Assembly (NCBI RefSeq): GCF_964204645.1
Contig: NC_134025.1
Span: forward strand, 27,384,299-27,448,298
Length of the DNA: 64,000 nucleotides
Reading direction: 5' to 3'
Origin: Tubulanus polymorphus
Lineage: Eukaryota > Animalia > Nemertea
Shown here in pieces: positions 34,801-48,995 of this stretch (position 1 is the stretch's first letter; the number at the start of each line of letters is the position of its first letter). The notes under the pieces were generated by a model that saw nothing but the letters and a program-made list of their open reading frames with translations, had not been told where the DNA came from and did no database searches. A program made the translations under genes and the position numbers.

Positions 34801-37800
34801 ATCTTTGTACTAAGTCACAAACCTTTTTTAGCTTCTATTAAAAAATTGACGTTTTTTTCTTTTAATTCAGAGTGTAAAAGCTTTGTTTTCTGGAGTGAAC
34901 TGTCCACCATTTGTCAGCTGCGAATTTGCCCACAATAACAGCTGGTACGTGACTTTCGACTCTGATGAAGATGCGCAAAGGGCTTATCGATATCTTCGTG
35001 AAGATATTCAAAATTTCTTGGGTAAACCTATAATGGTGAGTTGTTTTTCGCTGAAGACTCGATTCTTAATGCGCTTCATCAAACATAATTCCATCATCGA
35101 TTTATGGTTTATTTCAGGCTCGTATCAAAGCTAAACCTTTGTTGACCCGTTCGTTTGCTCCGAAGAATGGGGTGACACCGCGAATGCAACCAATCAATGC
35201 CGTGGCGGCTCAACAGCCACCGACGCCTACACAGTATGAGATGACATCGCAGGCTCAACCTACACCTCCGCAGCCACCCCAACCACAACCAGCCCAATTT
35301 AGTCAACAGCCACGGTTCACTCAACCCGTACCAAATGTTCAATATGTTAGCCAACACCAACAGGTATGAATTCATGTACTGACCTGGAAAACTCAAGAGA
35401 ATTCGAAAAAAAAACAGGGAAAACTCGGGGAATTTGACAAATTTTGGAAAACTTTGGGAATTTGGATATATTATTAACCATGATTCATAAGAAATGAATG
35501 AATTGTAACATTTTTGAATTCCTCTGATTCACTCAGGGAATTTTGTGTTGTACAGTAACACGTGGAAAAATCAAGGACAATTTGGGCCATTTGTAACTTA
35601 TTGGATAGTGGTCACCCTGTACTAGGAAATGTAAGAACCTATTCGCTTTAAGTATTTCAATAATCATGGATTATTTCTTTTCAGTCTTTCTCATTTTTTC
35701 CACCGGCTACGAGTGCAGTCATAGCAGCATCCTGGCCAACGAGCCCGCCTGCGTATTATGATCCCGGTATGGTGTTTGCCGTTAATGGCTACCAACCGCA
35801 AGGGACATTCAAACCCCTGACAACGTCTCGTCACGGTTATCAAAATATCAGAAACAGGTGATTACATTTCGATTCATATTCTCTATTTTTTCGCATTATT
35901 TCATCGTTCATGTTGTTAATGTTTGGCTGAACTATTTCCAGGAATCCCAGTAAACCACAGCATCGAAACCACATGTCTGAACGTTCGAACCACATCGAAC
36001 GCCATCATTCGTCATCTTCAACATCATCAACTCACGAACGACACAATCTGCCGAACGGCACCCATAGATCGAGTCCGCGAGCTCACGACTCAACTCAAAA
36101 CCATAATAATACCACTTCGAACGCGTATGGACGTCACAAAGAATCGAGTTATAATAATAATTATTCCCAGTCGCCGAATCATACGCCCTCAGATTCTCAA
36201 TCAACGACTCAGTCCAATTCATCATCGTCTTCGTATAATCGTAATAACGACCGCGACTCGCGTCACAACGATTCGTACAGCAAAGATCAAATGTTACAAA
36301 AGTAAGTCGAATTTTCTAGCGGTCGAAATCATCGTCGTCTGTTTATCGGCTACTTGTGTGTAACGCTTCGTTTTCTATTCAGACGCAACACATCATATAA
36401 AGTTCCCCGTCGACGAAAAGAAGATGAAGTTCCTTCGAGAAATGTTGTAAGTTTTTAGGTTCATGTATTATCCAATAGCAGTGAGCTTTTATTTGATTTC
36501 GTGGCTATGATAATTTGCTCGTTATCTTTGTGTATTTTTCAGCGACAGTCAAGTGGTAACAGCTCATCGAATAACTCCATGAATAACCAGAATACTAAAG
36601 AAGTGAAACAAATGCCAGCTGTTGACACCCCCAAATTTGAACTGGAATCAAATTCCTTTCCGCCATTGCCTGGATCTACGGTAGGTCTTTCGTGCCAAAA
36701 TTGCTTAAGATTGAATATCTCAATTGTCGATGCTCATTATTCACGGGTTCTATACTTTGAATATTTCAGAATAGCGCCACCACTGGTGATATTTGGGAAA
36801 GCAAAATGTCCGACGTTGTCAAAGGAACGGCAAAACCATCGACACCAGCAACCCCGACAACGCGAGAGACTAAAACACCGTCATCATCCACTCAGACTAC
36901 TGCGCCATCTACAACCACGCCGCCTAGTAGTAATGATCTTAATATAACTACTACTTGTTCGGTAAATACCGCTACACAGTCTACGCTAACATCGTCTACA
37001 TCGACTGTTAATACTACTGTACCAGCTGTAACTACTACAATACAGACATCACCTTCTGTTACTACTCCGCCTTCATCGCCAAAAAAGTAAGTTCACCTTC
37101 ACTTCATCGCTCAAATAATGCCGATCAGCATAATTTTCTACAATATATGAAATATAGTAATTTTATTTGTGATTTTAGGGTGACGCCTGCTTCTAAAGTG
37201 AGTAGCAGCAGTGGTAGTAGTAATATTAGTAATAGCCCTAAAGATAGTGTTAGTCATAGTAGCAATAGTAAATCAGAATCAGTTCGTTCGTTGACTCCAC
37301 CACCTGCTGTGTCATCTACCACGACATCCAGTGGAACTGATGGCTCCTCCAATTCATTAAAGGTAGATAAATAATGATTTATCCTTAATGAGACAAAAGC
37401 AACAATTATGTTCTCGATATGAGCTAGTATTCCTTGGCCCATTGATTGGTATATATTATGTATTTATTGAATTTGTTTTCAGTTGGAAGAGAAAGTTAAA
37501 GCTGCAAATGCTGCTCAGTCAGGTCCTTCAAAGATGTCATATGCCAGTGTGTTACGTGGAGCTGGAAACGGTTTCGAAAATAAGAAGGATGGCCCTTCTT
37601 TGGAAGCAATCGAGGATAACAGTGACAATGAAAAATCAAAGACTGTGAAAGAGTCTAGTGGAGAAGTGACTCAGGCTCTAATGGAACAATCGCAGGTTCC
37701 GAAATCACAAACTGCCAAACCGGTTTCAAACAACAAAGACAATAACAGACGCGACGAGCCAAAAGATCAGAGACAATCGGCTAGTCGACGCGCCAAAGAG

Positions 37801-37875
37801 AACCGCGAGAGACGTGACCGCGTTGATCGAGAACAGCGGGTTCGTAAAGAACCGCCGCGATCGCCTAACAAATAA
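28837..37875 (+). CDS. LARP4: La-related protein 4/4B
   Basis: Exon 28837-28941 starts MTSD as in LARP4B. PAM2 exon 32379-32493 (GLNPNANIF), La motif ([25 protein letters not shown]), RRM ([10 protein letters not shown]...[13 protein letters not shown]...ARIKAK), [13 protein letters not shown] and KMSYASV motifs. Last exon 37483-37875. Confidence 0.94.
35376..35619. mobile_element. Truncated MITE-like element in a LARP4 intron
   Basis: Repeated ggaaaactc(a/g)gggaattt-like subterminal units and a CAGGG-type terminus agtggtcaccctg; the other end is missing. Confidence 0.55.
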
Positions 37876-38467
37876 AACACGCACTTGTCAACTGACCTCA
37901 TTTATAGACCGGAACTTCTAAAATACTGCTGTATTTGCTGGCGTTTCACATGACACATCTAAGAGCTTTATGCCATCTCCAACAATCGGTTCGTGTGGCG
38001 TTCGAATTCGTAGCCGCGGACTACGTACGTCGTCAAATATTTAAAAAAAAGGCTAATCATCATAATGCGAAGAGACCACCGTTTCTAAACCTTTCAGAAT
38101 GGATCAGATATTTGCGCGTAGCTATACAATAGTCGTCAATTATTTGTTACAGTGACCTCTGCGTGTTCGAAACTTAATTACTGCGAATGATTTAGACTAC
38201 ATAAGTGAGAGAAACAGAAGAAAGATATATATATATATCTTGATTGGAAATTTGTCATAAACGACGGACGTGTTTTGCGATTGTGCGCTCAAGAGGCAAA
38301 CGGGAAACCGTTATGGTGGCTCTTCTTCATCATCATTTCAAATCATATCGTCGCCATTTCTCATCATCACCGATTCATTTAATCGTGCATAAGATGCAGA
38401 CTATTTGCCCCATGTGTCTTCTTGTTTCATTGTTACGAAATTTTATTTCATATATATTGATATTAAT

Positions 38468-38471
<4 letters not shown>

Positions 38472-38549
<78 letters not shown>
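38472..38549. repeat. (TA)39 microsatellite in the probable LARP4 3' UTR
   Basis: Uninterrupted TA run. Confidence 0.97.
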
Positions 38550-38550
<1 letters not shown>

Positions 38551-41500
38551 TGTCATTGCGCGTATATATCGGTGAAGGTCATGTGATATGTGTAAGCTTC
38601 CCGTCGTCGTCGTCGGAACAAAAACGAGTGTAAACTGATTAATATCGTGTGTTACTACTAGCTGTAGTCTCTCTGCACTCAACGCGTTCACCACATTTGA
38701 GGTGATGAGACTACACTGTTAATGATCTCCATTTAAATGTAACCATCTCGGCCGTGCGAACTGTGCAAATTTATGTTGTGTCGCATTAATCCCTCCTATA
38801 ATTAAGAAGCGGTTCAGACTGTTCGCTGCCAATTACGCACAGATTGGTAGCTACAGTCGATACCTGTTATCGGCGTATTTCGATGAAATAACCCAAAATC
38901 AGGAGCAAGGTATGAAATAATCTTTTTCGACTTAGATACAAATTCGAAGTTTTATTTTAACAGAAATCATCTTGCTAAATTCCCTTTGGTTTTACAAAAA
39001 CTGGCCATATGCTCGAGGCGTCCCCGGTAATATGATGGCATTTGGTCGACTACAGTTCCAAGATCATCCCTTCATTATATCAACCATCCATTACTTGAGA
39101 AATGTCTTCCTAAACTAGGAAGTACTTGACTGCATTTTGTGAAGTCCTAGTCTAATTGCTCAAACCCACTAGGATCTTGTTTATCTTGATATAGCTGTCT
39201 TAAATTTCAGAGAATGCTTGAATTAAGGTTCAAAGGAGATGTGACAAATCAGTTGGCTTCTCATCCTGAGCGGTTGATAGAATATTTAAAGATTTCTTTT
39301 AGATCTTAAGTCTTGTTTTCTTGATTATTTACAGTGCAAGATATTTCTATGAAAATGGAGGTTATCTTTCTTTTCTGTGTATTTGACTAGGTTTGGCATT
39401 GTTGTAATGAAAGATGCCATTTAACTTCTAGTCATACGTATCTTGGTTAAGCCTGTTTGATAGCGGAGATACACTCGTGCTAGGCTGAGCGTAACTCGTG
39501 AACTATGAAATTATTTAAAGTAATTGTTTGGACTAAGTCTCGTCATGGTGTGACATTTGTTTACACAAAGCTGAACGACTCGTTATGTCTTGCTACAAAA
39601 ACTTCTTCGTAAGTGTGGGTCGGGTTGTAAATGTGGGGCTTATCTGTATTTAGTATTATCAAAAAGAAAAAAATATGTGGAAAAATTTATATACGATACA
39701 TGCAAAAAAGAAGATAATCACGACAAATTGTATATAAAGCAAGTAGTAATGTTTTTGATTTAGTAGAAGAGTGTGTATGTGTGATATAAAATGGGCTGGC
39801 CACTCGAAGCTCAAGAGTTGTGTTATAATTATTATCTCAATTAACATTATGAGTGCATGATTGAAAGAGACTGGTAGAACGATGAATGTTTGATGATTGT
39901 TATTGTGACGATTTATTGTAATTGGTATCAAATGCTTGACTGTTTAACTACTGTGTTATTTGTGATAGAAAACGAGATGAATAATTATTGATGCAGGTAA
40001 TCTTTCTTAAAACGATGATTTCATTTCAACTCTTGTGAAGTTTCTGGTTAACTTTTCGTCGTATTGTTTTTGTTTTTCGACGTTCTATTCGATGGAATAG
40101 TACTCTTTTTGAATTATTAAAGCCGCTCCGTTTGTTGGATGGATAAAACTCTAAAAACTAATGGATGATGACTCATTATGCATGTTCGATGATATTGATG
40201 CTCCTAAGATTTGCTAAAATGATTTTGGACCTTTCACAATTCAGCATCTATAGACGCGGAATTACACCTGGATATATCATGACTTAAGAATTGCTAGGAA
40301 AGTTATTCAGAAACTTGTGTTGGTAGTATATTGTAATGGTTTCGAAGTTGTATCCATCATGATCACCTTACAGAATTTGGTATCGATGGCATGAATGAAC
40401 TTAGATAACTATGATATATTCTAGTACAGTTTCATTTGTATAGTTTATCATTTGCTGTATGATATTTTTTGTTTGCCTTGTTGAATATTAATCTGGAAGA
40501 TGAACTTGATGGCGTTGTAATTTCAGGGATACTTATATGTATTGGTGTATGTAGTATTATGTGAAGGGACATGTACACATTTTAAGCTGTAGTTTCAAGT
40601 CATCAGGTTTATGTTTTGGAGTTAGCTACAGTTGCTGATATTCTTATTATACGCTGGTTTTTTTTACCTTGGCTATGTGTTTAGGGTTGAGATTGTTGTC
40701 GCTTGTAGATCAAATGATAATTTTTCAGTTGAGAATAAGTTGAAGCGTATCATAATGGATGATTTTGCTCAGTGTCGCCCTAAAACGTTTTTGTTAGTAA
40801 TGCTAATAGATATGGTGGTTATCTGGTTGAGACCTGACTGCTCGTGGTAATTTTACTCACAGCTTGTGACTCGAGGTTTAGTTCCAGTTCTGAGATGAGT
40901 TTGACTCATAAGATTTGAAATTAGTTCATTTCCAATTACGGTAGTCAAATTGTGTCTCCGAACTGTGGAACTGGCTCAAGGATTGTATGAACTTCATTGA
41001 TGTGTGCGAAACTTTTTTCATTCATATCTGATTGTTTCAACTGCTATACTTACTAACATTCTTGCCATGATAATATTTTGTGTCATTAAGTGTATGATTG
41101 ATCGCGATACATCCAGCGTGCATTACTAATCACTAATGATATTGTATCCATCCATAAAACGTTAAAGCAAAGGATTGCTGGATCCTCCCACTACCTTACA
41201 AGAAATTTATTACAACGCATTTATTCAGTTAACGATCCGAGGACTGGATTTCACCTATATTCTTGCGTTTTTAGGAGACACTAATAATAAACTTGCCTAA
41301 CTCTTTGAGAAATTGGTACCACACTTCTGTCTAAATGTAAGGGATTTTAGTTATCAGTCCATGTTAAACAAAGTTTGAGTTGCTGGGAGACGGGCAGTGT
41401 TTACTGTATTATACAACGCGACTACTTTGATCTTTCTTTTCAAATTGTGCTTCATTTTTCGTTTCTGTGACCTGTTGGAATAATGAATCGCTTTATGTTT

Positions 41501-41664
41501 GTCATGTAAGTCATGTGTTGTCATCATGGGATCTTACATATATAATTCTGCGATATTAAATGATACAAAAAAAAACATAATCCGAAGCCTACCATGAATA
41601 AAAACAGAAAACATAGTGTATATTTTCGTACGTATTTGATGGTAGGAATCTATGTCAATAACTA

Positions 41665-41760
41665 CTATATATATATATCTATTATATATATATATATATA
41701 CATACATATATAATAATAATATGATATAAATATGTATATTACATACATACATACATATAT
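41665..41760. repeat. AT-rich low-complexity (TA)n/(TACA)n tract
   Basis: Directly visible in the sequence. Confidence 0.8.
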
Positions 41761-43965
41761 GCCATAAAAGTCAGTGTTAAATTATTTGATATGCTAGATA
41801 GAAATTGTAAGCTCGCGTGGCTTTGTCTATATTTCTTTTGCTTGAAAATGCAAAGGTTTCATTCTACTGATAAATGTCTGCTATTCTCGATGTTTAATCT
41901 GTATCTATTTTAAACTACACTTAACACAACATCAAAGATAGCATAGATCAAATTTTTACGTGGTATTACAGTTGCATTAGATTTTACGTTAGTATTGATG
42001 GTATTATGGTTGTTCGGCTACTGTGAACACTCAATTCTGAAGAGTTTGATTTATGCTATCCTTGATACACGTAGGTCTGGTTCATTATGTACCATTATTT
42101 TACCATCTCTATCATTACATGCATAATGAGGCCAGTTAGTATTATCCACTAGTTAAAGATAAAATCATCCTCAATGCCTGAATAAAATTTGTGTGGGCAA
42201 GCAAAATTAAAATAAGGAGGAACTGATAATCAATAGATTTCACAAGGTGTAGGGTCTACATAATTTCCATTTGAGTGCTTTGATTGTTTTAGTATGAAAA
42301 CCTCATTTACTGATATGACAGTATATATGTGTAATGATGGAGACCTTCGGTAAAATCTACATCAGAATTGGACACAAAAGTGCCTTTTTATTTTCAATTA
42401 TGAATAACTTCTTTTTGCACCTTTTTATGGAAGCAAACTTCACCAGACTGGTTTCCTTACTCGATAGCACATGTACAATGGAAAAGTATTATGTAAAAGA
42501 ATGATGTAAATGGGCATTATCATCAAAATAAGCTATTCTAATCATAGGTCCATGTAGAATTGATGGTTGTTCAATGGCTAATGCTTACCTGGTATTCGGC
42601 TTTGTGAAATGTCCTGCCTTGTGCGTTAACTTTGACAACAAAAGAGCAAAATCATATCAATAGTTTCTGATGTTAGGGAAACCAGACTGTTGGCTAGTTT
42701 TCTTCCACATAACCTTCCAAGGTTGGCAAATCAATGTTAGTAAGTTAGAGAACAATATTTATATAACATCATTATATGGCCTTGATGTTATAAGAATTTT
42801 CCAACTGACTGAAGTATTGTTATTTTTTTTGTTTAAATGGTTAAAAATTTGGTTTGGTTCTTCGAAAACACTACTAAACCATGAAATTGTAATATGTATG
42901 TATTAAAATTGATATATGACTGACTACAGAACATGTATTATTAGACTCTGTAGCAGTATGTTTGATGCGGAAATTGATGGCAGAAGTGTTTTTCAAGGTG
43001 ATAAATGATCATTTATGGTCACAATTGGAAAAACCAAGAATATAACTTTAGTCAGTCATACGTCGATAGATGATAAGTTTTTCAAGGAAAATTGCAAATG
43101 CTCCTCTGCCCCCATATCTGAATTAAGAGAAATTGACAGTGGAGATTTGTGAGAACCTTCCGTTAAACTGTAATGAATGAAGCTTATTTACAAGTTTCTG
43201 AAGCCTGTTTGTATTAAAATGAAACCGCTTTCTTTACTTGTGAATAAACATGTTAACTGCATATTTCAGTGTTTGCTTTTTATTAGCTATCTTCGGTTGA
43301 AGCCAGAGGACTATAGCGTAGTTGGCTTTTCATCCCCTCCGTCTGGCCATTTATCTATTGTCAGAATGAAGTTATTTGGGGTAGTTTTAAAGACGCTGTG
43401 ATGGATTGTCTTGCTTGTCTGGGGGGGGGAAACGTGTGACCTAACATAATACTCGCTTGCCAGAGTCTGAATAGCTCGAATGGACAAACTACCAATTTGC
43501 GGGCTGGGTTTCGAAGAAAATCTCTAGACCCTTAAAACTACTCAACTGGTAATTTTTCAATCAAAGAATTAGAATGATGGAAGGTAAAAAGTGGACATTT
43601 TTTCAATATTTTTGTTGAATGATCATTGAAACACATTAGTGAACAACAATTCATCTCTGTATATAAATACTAATCAATCGATAAGAAACAAAGTATGATG
43701 AACACGAATATTTCAATAAGAATCTTTGATTTTATTTTTTCCATGATTAGATAGAAACACAGGAACAATATTTATGATACAAACGGTAACCATACAATAA
43801 TCATGATTAAGTACATATACAACAAATAAGTTAAAAAAATCGATATAATCTCAGTGTATGCATAACTCGGATAAGAATTTGACCAGATTTCGTAGTCAAT
43901 GACTTGAGGAGAATAAACTGCATTCGGGAAGTCTAAACTAAGGTGTCGGGTATCAATCTTTCTGA

Positions 43966-46026
43966 TTATGTTACCAGTAACTTGGTCATAGTCAGCAATA
44001 CTGGATAGTGTAAGTCTGGATCGTAGAGATCTGGATGACTAATTTCAAACTGAAAATCACAATAGCAGTGATATTAAGAGAAATGAAGTAAATTATAGTC
44101 TGTGACTGAGATTTGAAGGCGGTTAAGAAATACCATAATTAGCAAACTTCCTTTGAGCAACTGGTTTATATGCCTTACCCCTTTATGTAGATTCAATATA
44201 TAATTATCATAACTTTCATCTCTGACTATATTGAATTTAGACGAAGCTATGTTTATAAATTTTTGCATCGTTTCCCCTCTGGTCGGTGCAAATATGATAG
44301 CTTCACCCTGAAATATAGATACAACTGATTCATCGGATCTTGCTCTGGTTATAATTATATCTGGGTTTTGAAAGCAAAACGAGGATATACTGAACTTACA
44401 TCTGGCTTAAGTAACTTGTTGATAGCTGAAGCTAAGTGTTCTCGGGAGTCATCGAAAAATAGACTGAAAAAGTCAACATGAGTTTTATTTTTCTATGGTT
44501 ATTCTGTAAGAAACTTTGTATAGTGACGTAAAGAAATTATCAAAAACTCACCAATCGGCACAAATGATTACATCAAATTTATTCTCATCAATGACATCCA
44601 CGCAATCCCATCTTAGCAATTTAACATTAACATCTGAATGTTTGAATGCATCTTTATTGGCAGTGATTATTTCTTCTAAGTCTGAAAGAAAAGCCAAATA
44701 AGTGATCTACAAGTTTTAGCAACATTGAGCCAACTCTTTGAATAAACTTACTTCTGATTGATTTTTCATTGCCATCCGTCAAAACCATCTGCTTCATCTC
44801 AGTTTCCATAGCAACCTGATGATATATTTATACAAGTATTCATAATTAATGATTGTAAATCATAGAATACATTTCGTTTGAAATGTGCTTTGATAAACTC
44901 ATAGCTTACAGCAATTCCTGCTAAACATGTCATACCACCACCCAATTCACACACCGATTTATTCCTTCAAATAGATATAGAAAAAACTCAAAACCGACAA
45001 AAGAAAATAACAGTACAAGATATACCCGGTAGATGCTTTAAGGCTTGGGTGTGTTCATAAAGGTGATAAATCAATCTTACTTAAACTTATCTTTATGAGA
45101 CATGCTATAGAAAGCCAAAATTTCCTCAGCAGGCCAGATACCTACAAAAAAGAAAATAATGACACATAGGTCTACTTGAAGATAAATATGAAAATTTACC
45201 AAAACATTAATTCAACTCACAAACATTTCCTGTATTGTCAAATTCAAGTAAGTCTGAAATGTCTAAAGATTTCGATAGTTGCCTGCAATTAAAGAAATAT
45301 GTTTACCATTAGGTGTCATTATATTAAAGTTTAAAACCAGTAATTCCATGATGTGTTAAATACCTGATTTTAGCTTTGAAATTTGGGAAATTGTAACAAG
45401 AATATTGATGCCAACTAATGTCACCTTCTTCAGTATAAACAACAGAATCACATGGATTTTCATCAATTTTAGTAGCTTTCAATAAACCAAATGATGAAAA
45501 TCGCCTAACTGAAGCACTGTTATCATTGGTTTCTACTCCTGTTTTCTTCAAGACCTGTACACATAAAATGAATAAATAAATACACAAAGCCACCATGGCA
45601 TAAATGAAGAATCAGCGTTTAAAGTAAGAGAAATGGGTCAGGGGTAAGTGGTAATAGGGGTTGAGCTACATTACAGCCAGTAAGTTATTGATTATTTGCT
45701 GAAGTCTAGAGGGGCTAGTCTAGCGAGTGAAATATGCGCCATACTATAACTAAATTCAAAATATAGCAACGCCTATTATAGCCTAATTCAATCATTATGT
45801 CCCCTGGCCTAATAAATCAAAGTATATAATATTAAATTAGATAAACTTTAAACTTAAATTAGAAAAACCAAAAAGTAATTTTAAAAAGAGCAATCTGAAT
45901 CATTTCAAAATGTGTTCTTTTTTATATAAGGAGTGAATGTGAAGAGTGGTTGAGTTACCGTACATTTGCTAGAATATGCCAGCGCTGATGCGCTTTTCTA
46001 GAAGATGTCAATTTATCCTTCGGCAT
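43966..46026 (-). CDS. CAMKMT: Calmodulin-lysine N-methyltransferase
   Basis: Spliced exons give MPKDKLTSSRKAHQRWHILAN|VL...SVRRFSSFGLL, FDNTGNVC, VWPAEE, VCELGGGMTCLAG, LTDGNEKS, ICAD and a C-terminal YDPDLHYPVLLTMTK. TAA at 43966-43968. Confidence 0.92.
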
Positions 46027-46909
46027 ACTTGATTAATTACCGCTTCTTGATTGAATTAATTAGATAAACAAACGACAAACGTCAAAAATGTCAAAACACA
46101 GCTCAACGACCTTGAGGCTGCTACCTCGTACTCTTAAAGTGACGGTTTTTGACTTTTTCGAATCCGCGTTGTAGGCTTTACTACTGTATATCGGATACCA
46201 TATCGGAGTAAGACCCAAGGTCGTCACCCGAATTGGACGTCCCATCATTGTTGCATTTCGTAATTTACTGTGGCAAGTGTGTTCAAAACCCATTAATGGC
46301 ACAGTCCTATGGCGGACCCCTATGGCAACGTGTATCCTGTTACCTGATTAATCAATGACAGATTCAATTCAAGTTCATAAATCCAATATGTGCTTTCCCT
46401 TGAACTTTTCATCGACATCAGATCCCCCCAAAAGTCAAAGAAGCAAATCCTGCCAAAAACTGAAATAGTGTTGAGATATGTCCCATATATCTTAAATTCT
46501 TGGTGGTAAGCTCGTATAATCCAATGGGCTTATACCACGGTGTTTTGTAGAAATAGATTATTAAATTAAATCAAAGGCAGGTTACTGACCAGTTCCTATA
46601 CTTATAGCCTTGTGCAACCCACACAAAACCTAGGAGGCGCCTGGCATCCCTTCTGATGAAGAAAATAGGTGTCGTCAGTGAACTAAGTTGGGGATTAGAG
46701 TGTCGTAGAGTGTGTGTGGCTACAACCACTTCCAGTAGGACTTAGGTGAAGATGTCCCTAGTTAGTAATTTTAGGATTGCTCCAGTCAGTGGGACTGAAT
46801 TGTGAAGTAGATAGCAATTAATTTAGTCCATCTCACGATGTTCACATTTTCAACGTTTTAATATATTTTATTCTACTTTTTTGCAGTCGCTAGATAGTAA
46901 ATATCTTCA

Positions 46910-48920
46910 ATGAGGTGGACTAGATATCTGAATAGATCGATCTGCCAGAACATACCGGTACTCAACAGCGTATTATCTTCCAAACAATTTTCCACTTTGA
47001 GATATAATACTGTTAAAAGACTTGGGAAATTAGTGACGATGAAAATTGAAAAAGATGCCTTCCAGAAGGTCTCCACGCCGGAGTTAAACGTTCTCAGCGA
47101 TCTGTTCAAAAAGTACAACTATGAGATTCGTATTGCCGGTGGAGCAGTGAGAGATCTGCTGTCCGGTAAAACGCCGGGTGATATCGACTTCGCTACGACC
47201 GCTACTCCCGATCAAATGAAAGAAATGTTTGAAAGTGAGAAAATACGTATGATAAACAAAAAAGGCGAAAAACACGGTACAATCACGGCAAGAATTAATG
47301 ATAAGGTAGATTTTATTTGTGCTTTATGAAATTGACTTATCAATATTTTTTGCTTCACTTTAGAAATATTAACAAATATTTACAGGAAAACTTCGAGGTG
47401 ACAACACTTAGAATCGATATCAGAACAGATGGAAGGCATGCAGAGGTTGAATTCACTACGGACTGGCAGTTAGACGCTAATAGACGAGACCTTACAGTCA
47501 ATGCTATGTTCTTAGGTAAATTTCTATCAAATGACAATTATTTTACATTTTCAACTCAATCGTAAGATAAAAGTCTTCATTGTAGGGCTTGATGGTACAC
47601 TGTATGATTATTTCAATGGTAGAGAAGATTTGTCAAATCGAAAAGTTTGTTTCGTTGGTGATGCAGCTTCTCGGATTCAAGAGGACTATTTACGAATTCT
47701 ACGATATTTCAGGTAAGATTTCTCCATTATTTATAATTAGAATCAAAGATTAATTGGTTATTATATGCAGTATTTAATTCTTACGATATTTCAGGTAAGA
47801 TTTCTTCCATTATTTATCATTAAAATCAAAGATTAATTGGTTATTATATGCAGTATTTAATTCTTATTTCAAATCAATAACAAGTGCTTATAAGACCTAG
47901 AAGGTAACAAAATTTAAAGATGATACTAAATGTAAATTTAAATTCAAACAGATTTTATGGAAGAATAGCTGAATTTCCAGATTCTCATGATCTAAAGATT
48001 TTAAGTGATATCAAGGAAAATGCAAACGGTTTAAAAGGTAAATTTTTAGTCCATGTGATCTGGAAGGAAGAAAAACTTGAAAAATATTGAAAAGCTTACA
48101 GATTTTAACTATCGAATATGATATGTTTGTAGATATTTCTGGTGAAAGACTGTGGATGGAAATGAAGAAGATTGTGGTTGGAAATTTTGCCGCCGATCTT
48201 CTTACAACAATGCAACAGCTCGATATTTTGAAATATCTTGGTAATTTCATGCAAAGACAGATTTTAATGTATAATGACATTCAAAATTTCATACTTGAAG
48301 ACCATTAATGTTGGGTATTTTTAGGTTTTCCCGAAAACGTTAATACAAATGAGGTACATAAGATTTGGAATCGATGTAAGCATCTGACTCCGCAACCAAT
48401 GACCTGTGCTGTATCACTACTCAAAACAGAAGAAGAGGTATTTATGATATATCTCTCTCAAATCCACAATTCTGCACCCAAATCTTCATAAAGCATCATT
48501 AACAATGAATTATATATTTTACAGCTTACAAAGTTACATATTCGTCTGAAACTGTCAAATGATGAGGTGCGCTTGGGTTATTATATCATAGCCAACAGGG
48601 ACACATTACCCACGGAGGATTCTATGAAATTCATCAAAGACTTGTTCTTAGACTCTTTAGCACACAAAGAGCCAAAAGCTAAAGATAAAATATGCGAATT
48701 ATTAAAATATGAAGGACAAGATGATCTTCTGGACCAGTTCAAAGCTTGGGAACCTCCGAAGTTTCCTGTAAATGGGCGTTCATTATTAGATATAGGCTTC
48801 AAAGGTGGGCCAAAAATACAGAAGACATTAGACCGATTGAGAGAATTGTGGAAAGAGAGTAATTACACTATGACAACCGAGGAGTTGGTGAAAATTGCTG
48901 AAGAAATGAAATCCACGTAG
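46910..48920 (+). CDS. TRNT1: CCA tRNA nucleotidyltransferase 1
   Basis: Exons 46910-47305, 47386-47515, 47586-47712, 47952-48037, 48133-48240, 48325-48437, 48525-48920 are phase-consistent. Motifs [53 protein letters not shown]. Confidence 0.96.
47695..47866 (+). repeat. ~82-bp tandem duplication spanning the TRNT1 exon-3 donor
   Basis: acgatatttcaggtaagatttc...gattaattggttattatatgcagtatttaattctta occurs twice (47695-47775, 47776-47858). Confidence 0.9.
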
Positions 48921-48995
48921 TATTTGTTGTTCAAAAGATTTGTTAAATCGTAAGATAGAATCAATCGAATTTGAATGATATGAATAGTTTCGTTG

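Noticed and set aside
38244-38694. ORFs with YI repeats
   Set aside because: Translations of the (TA)n microsatellite.
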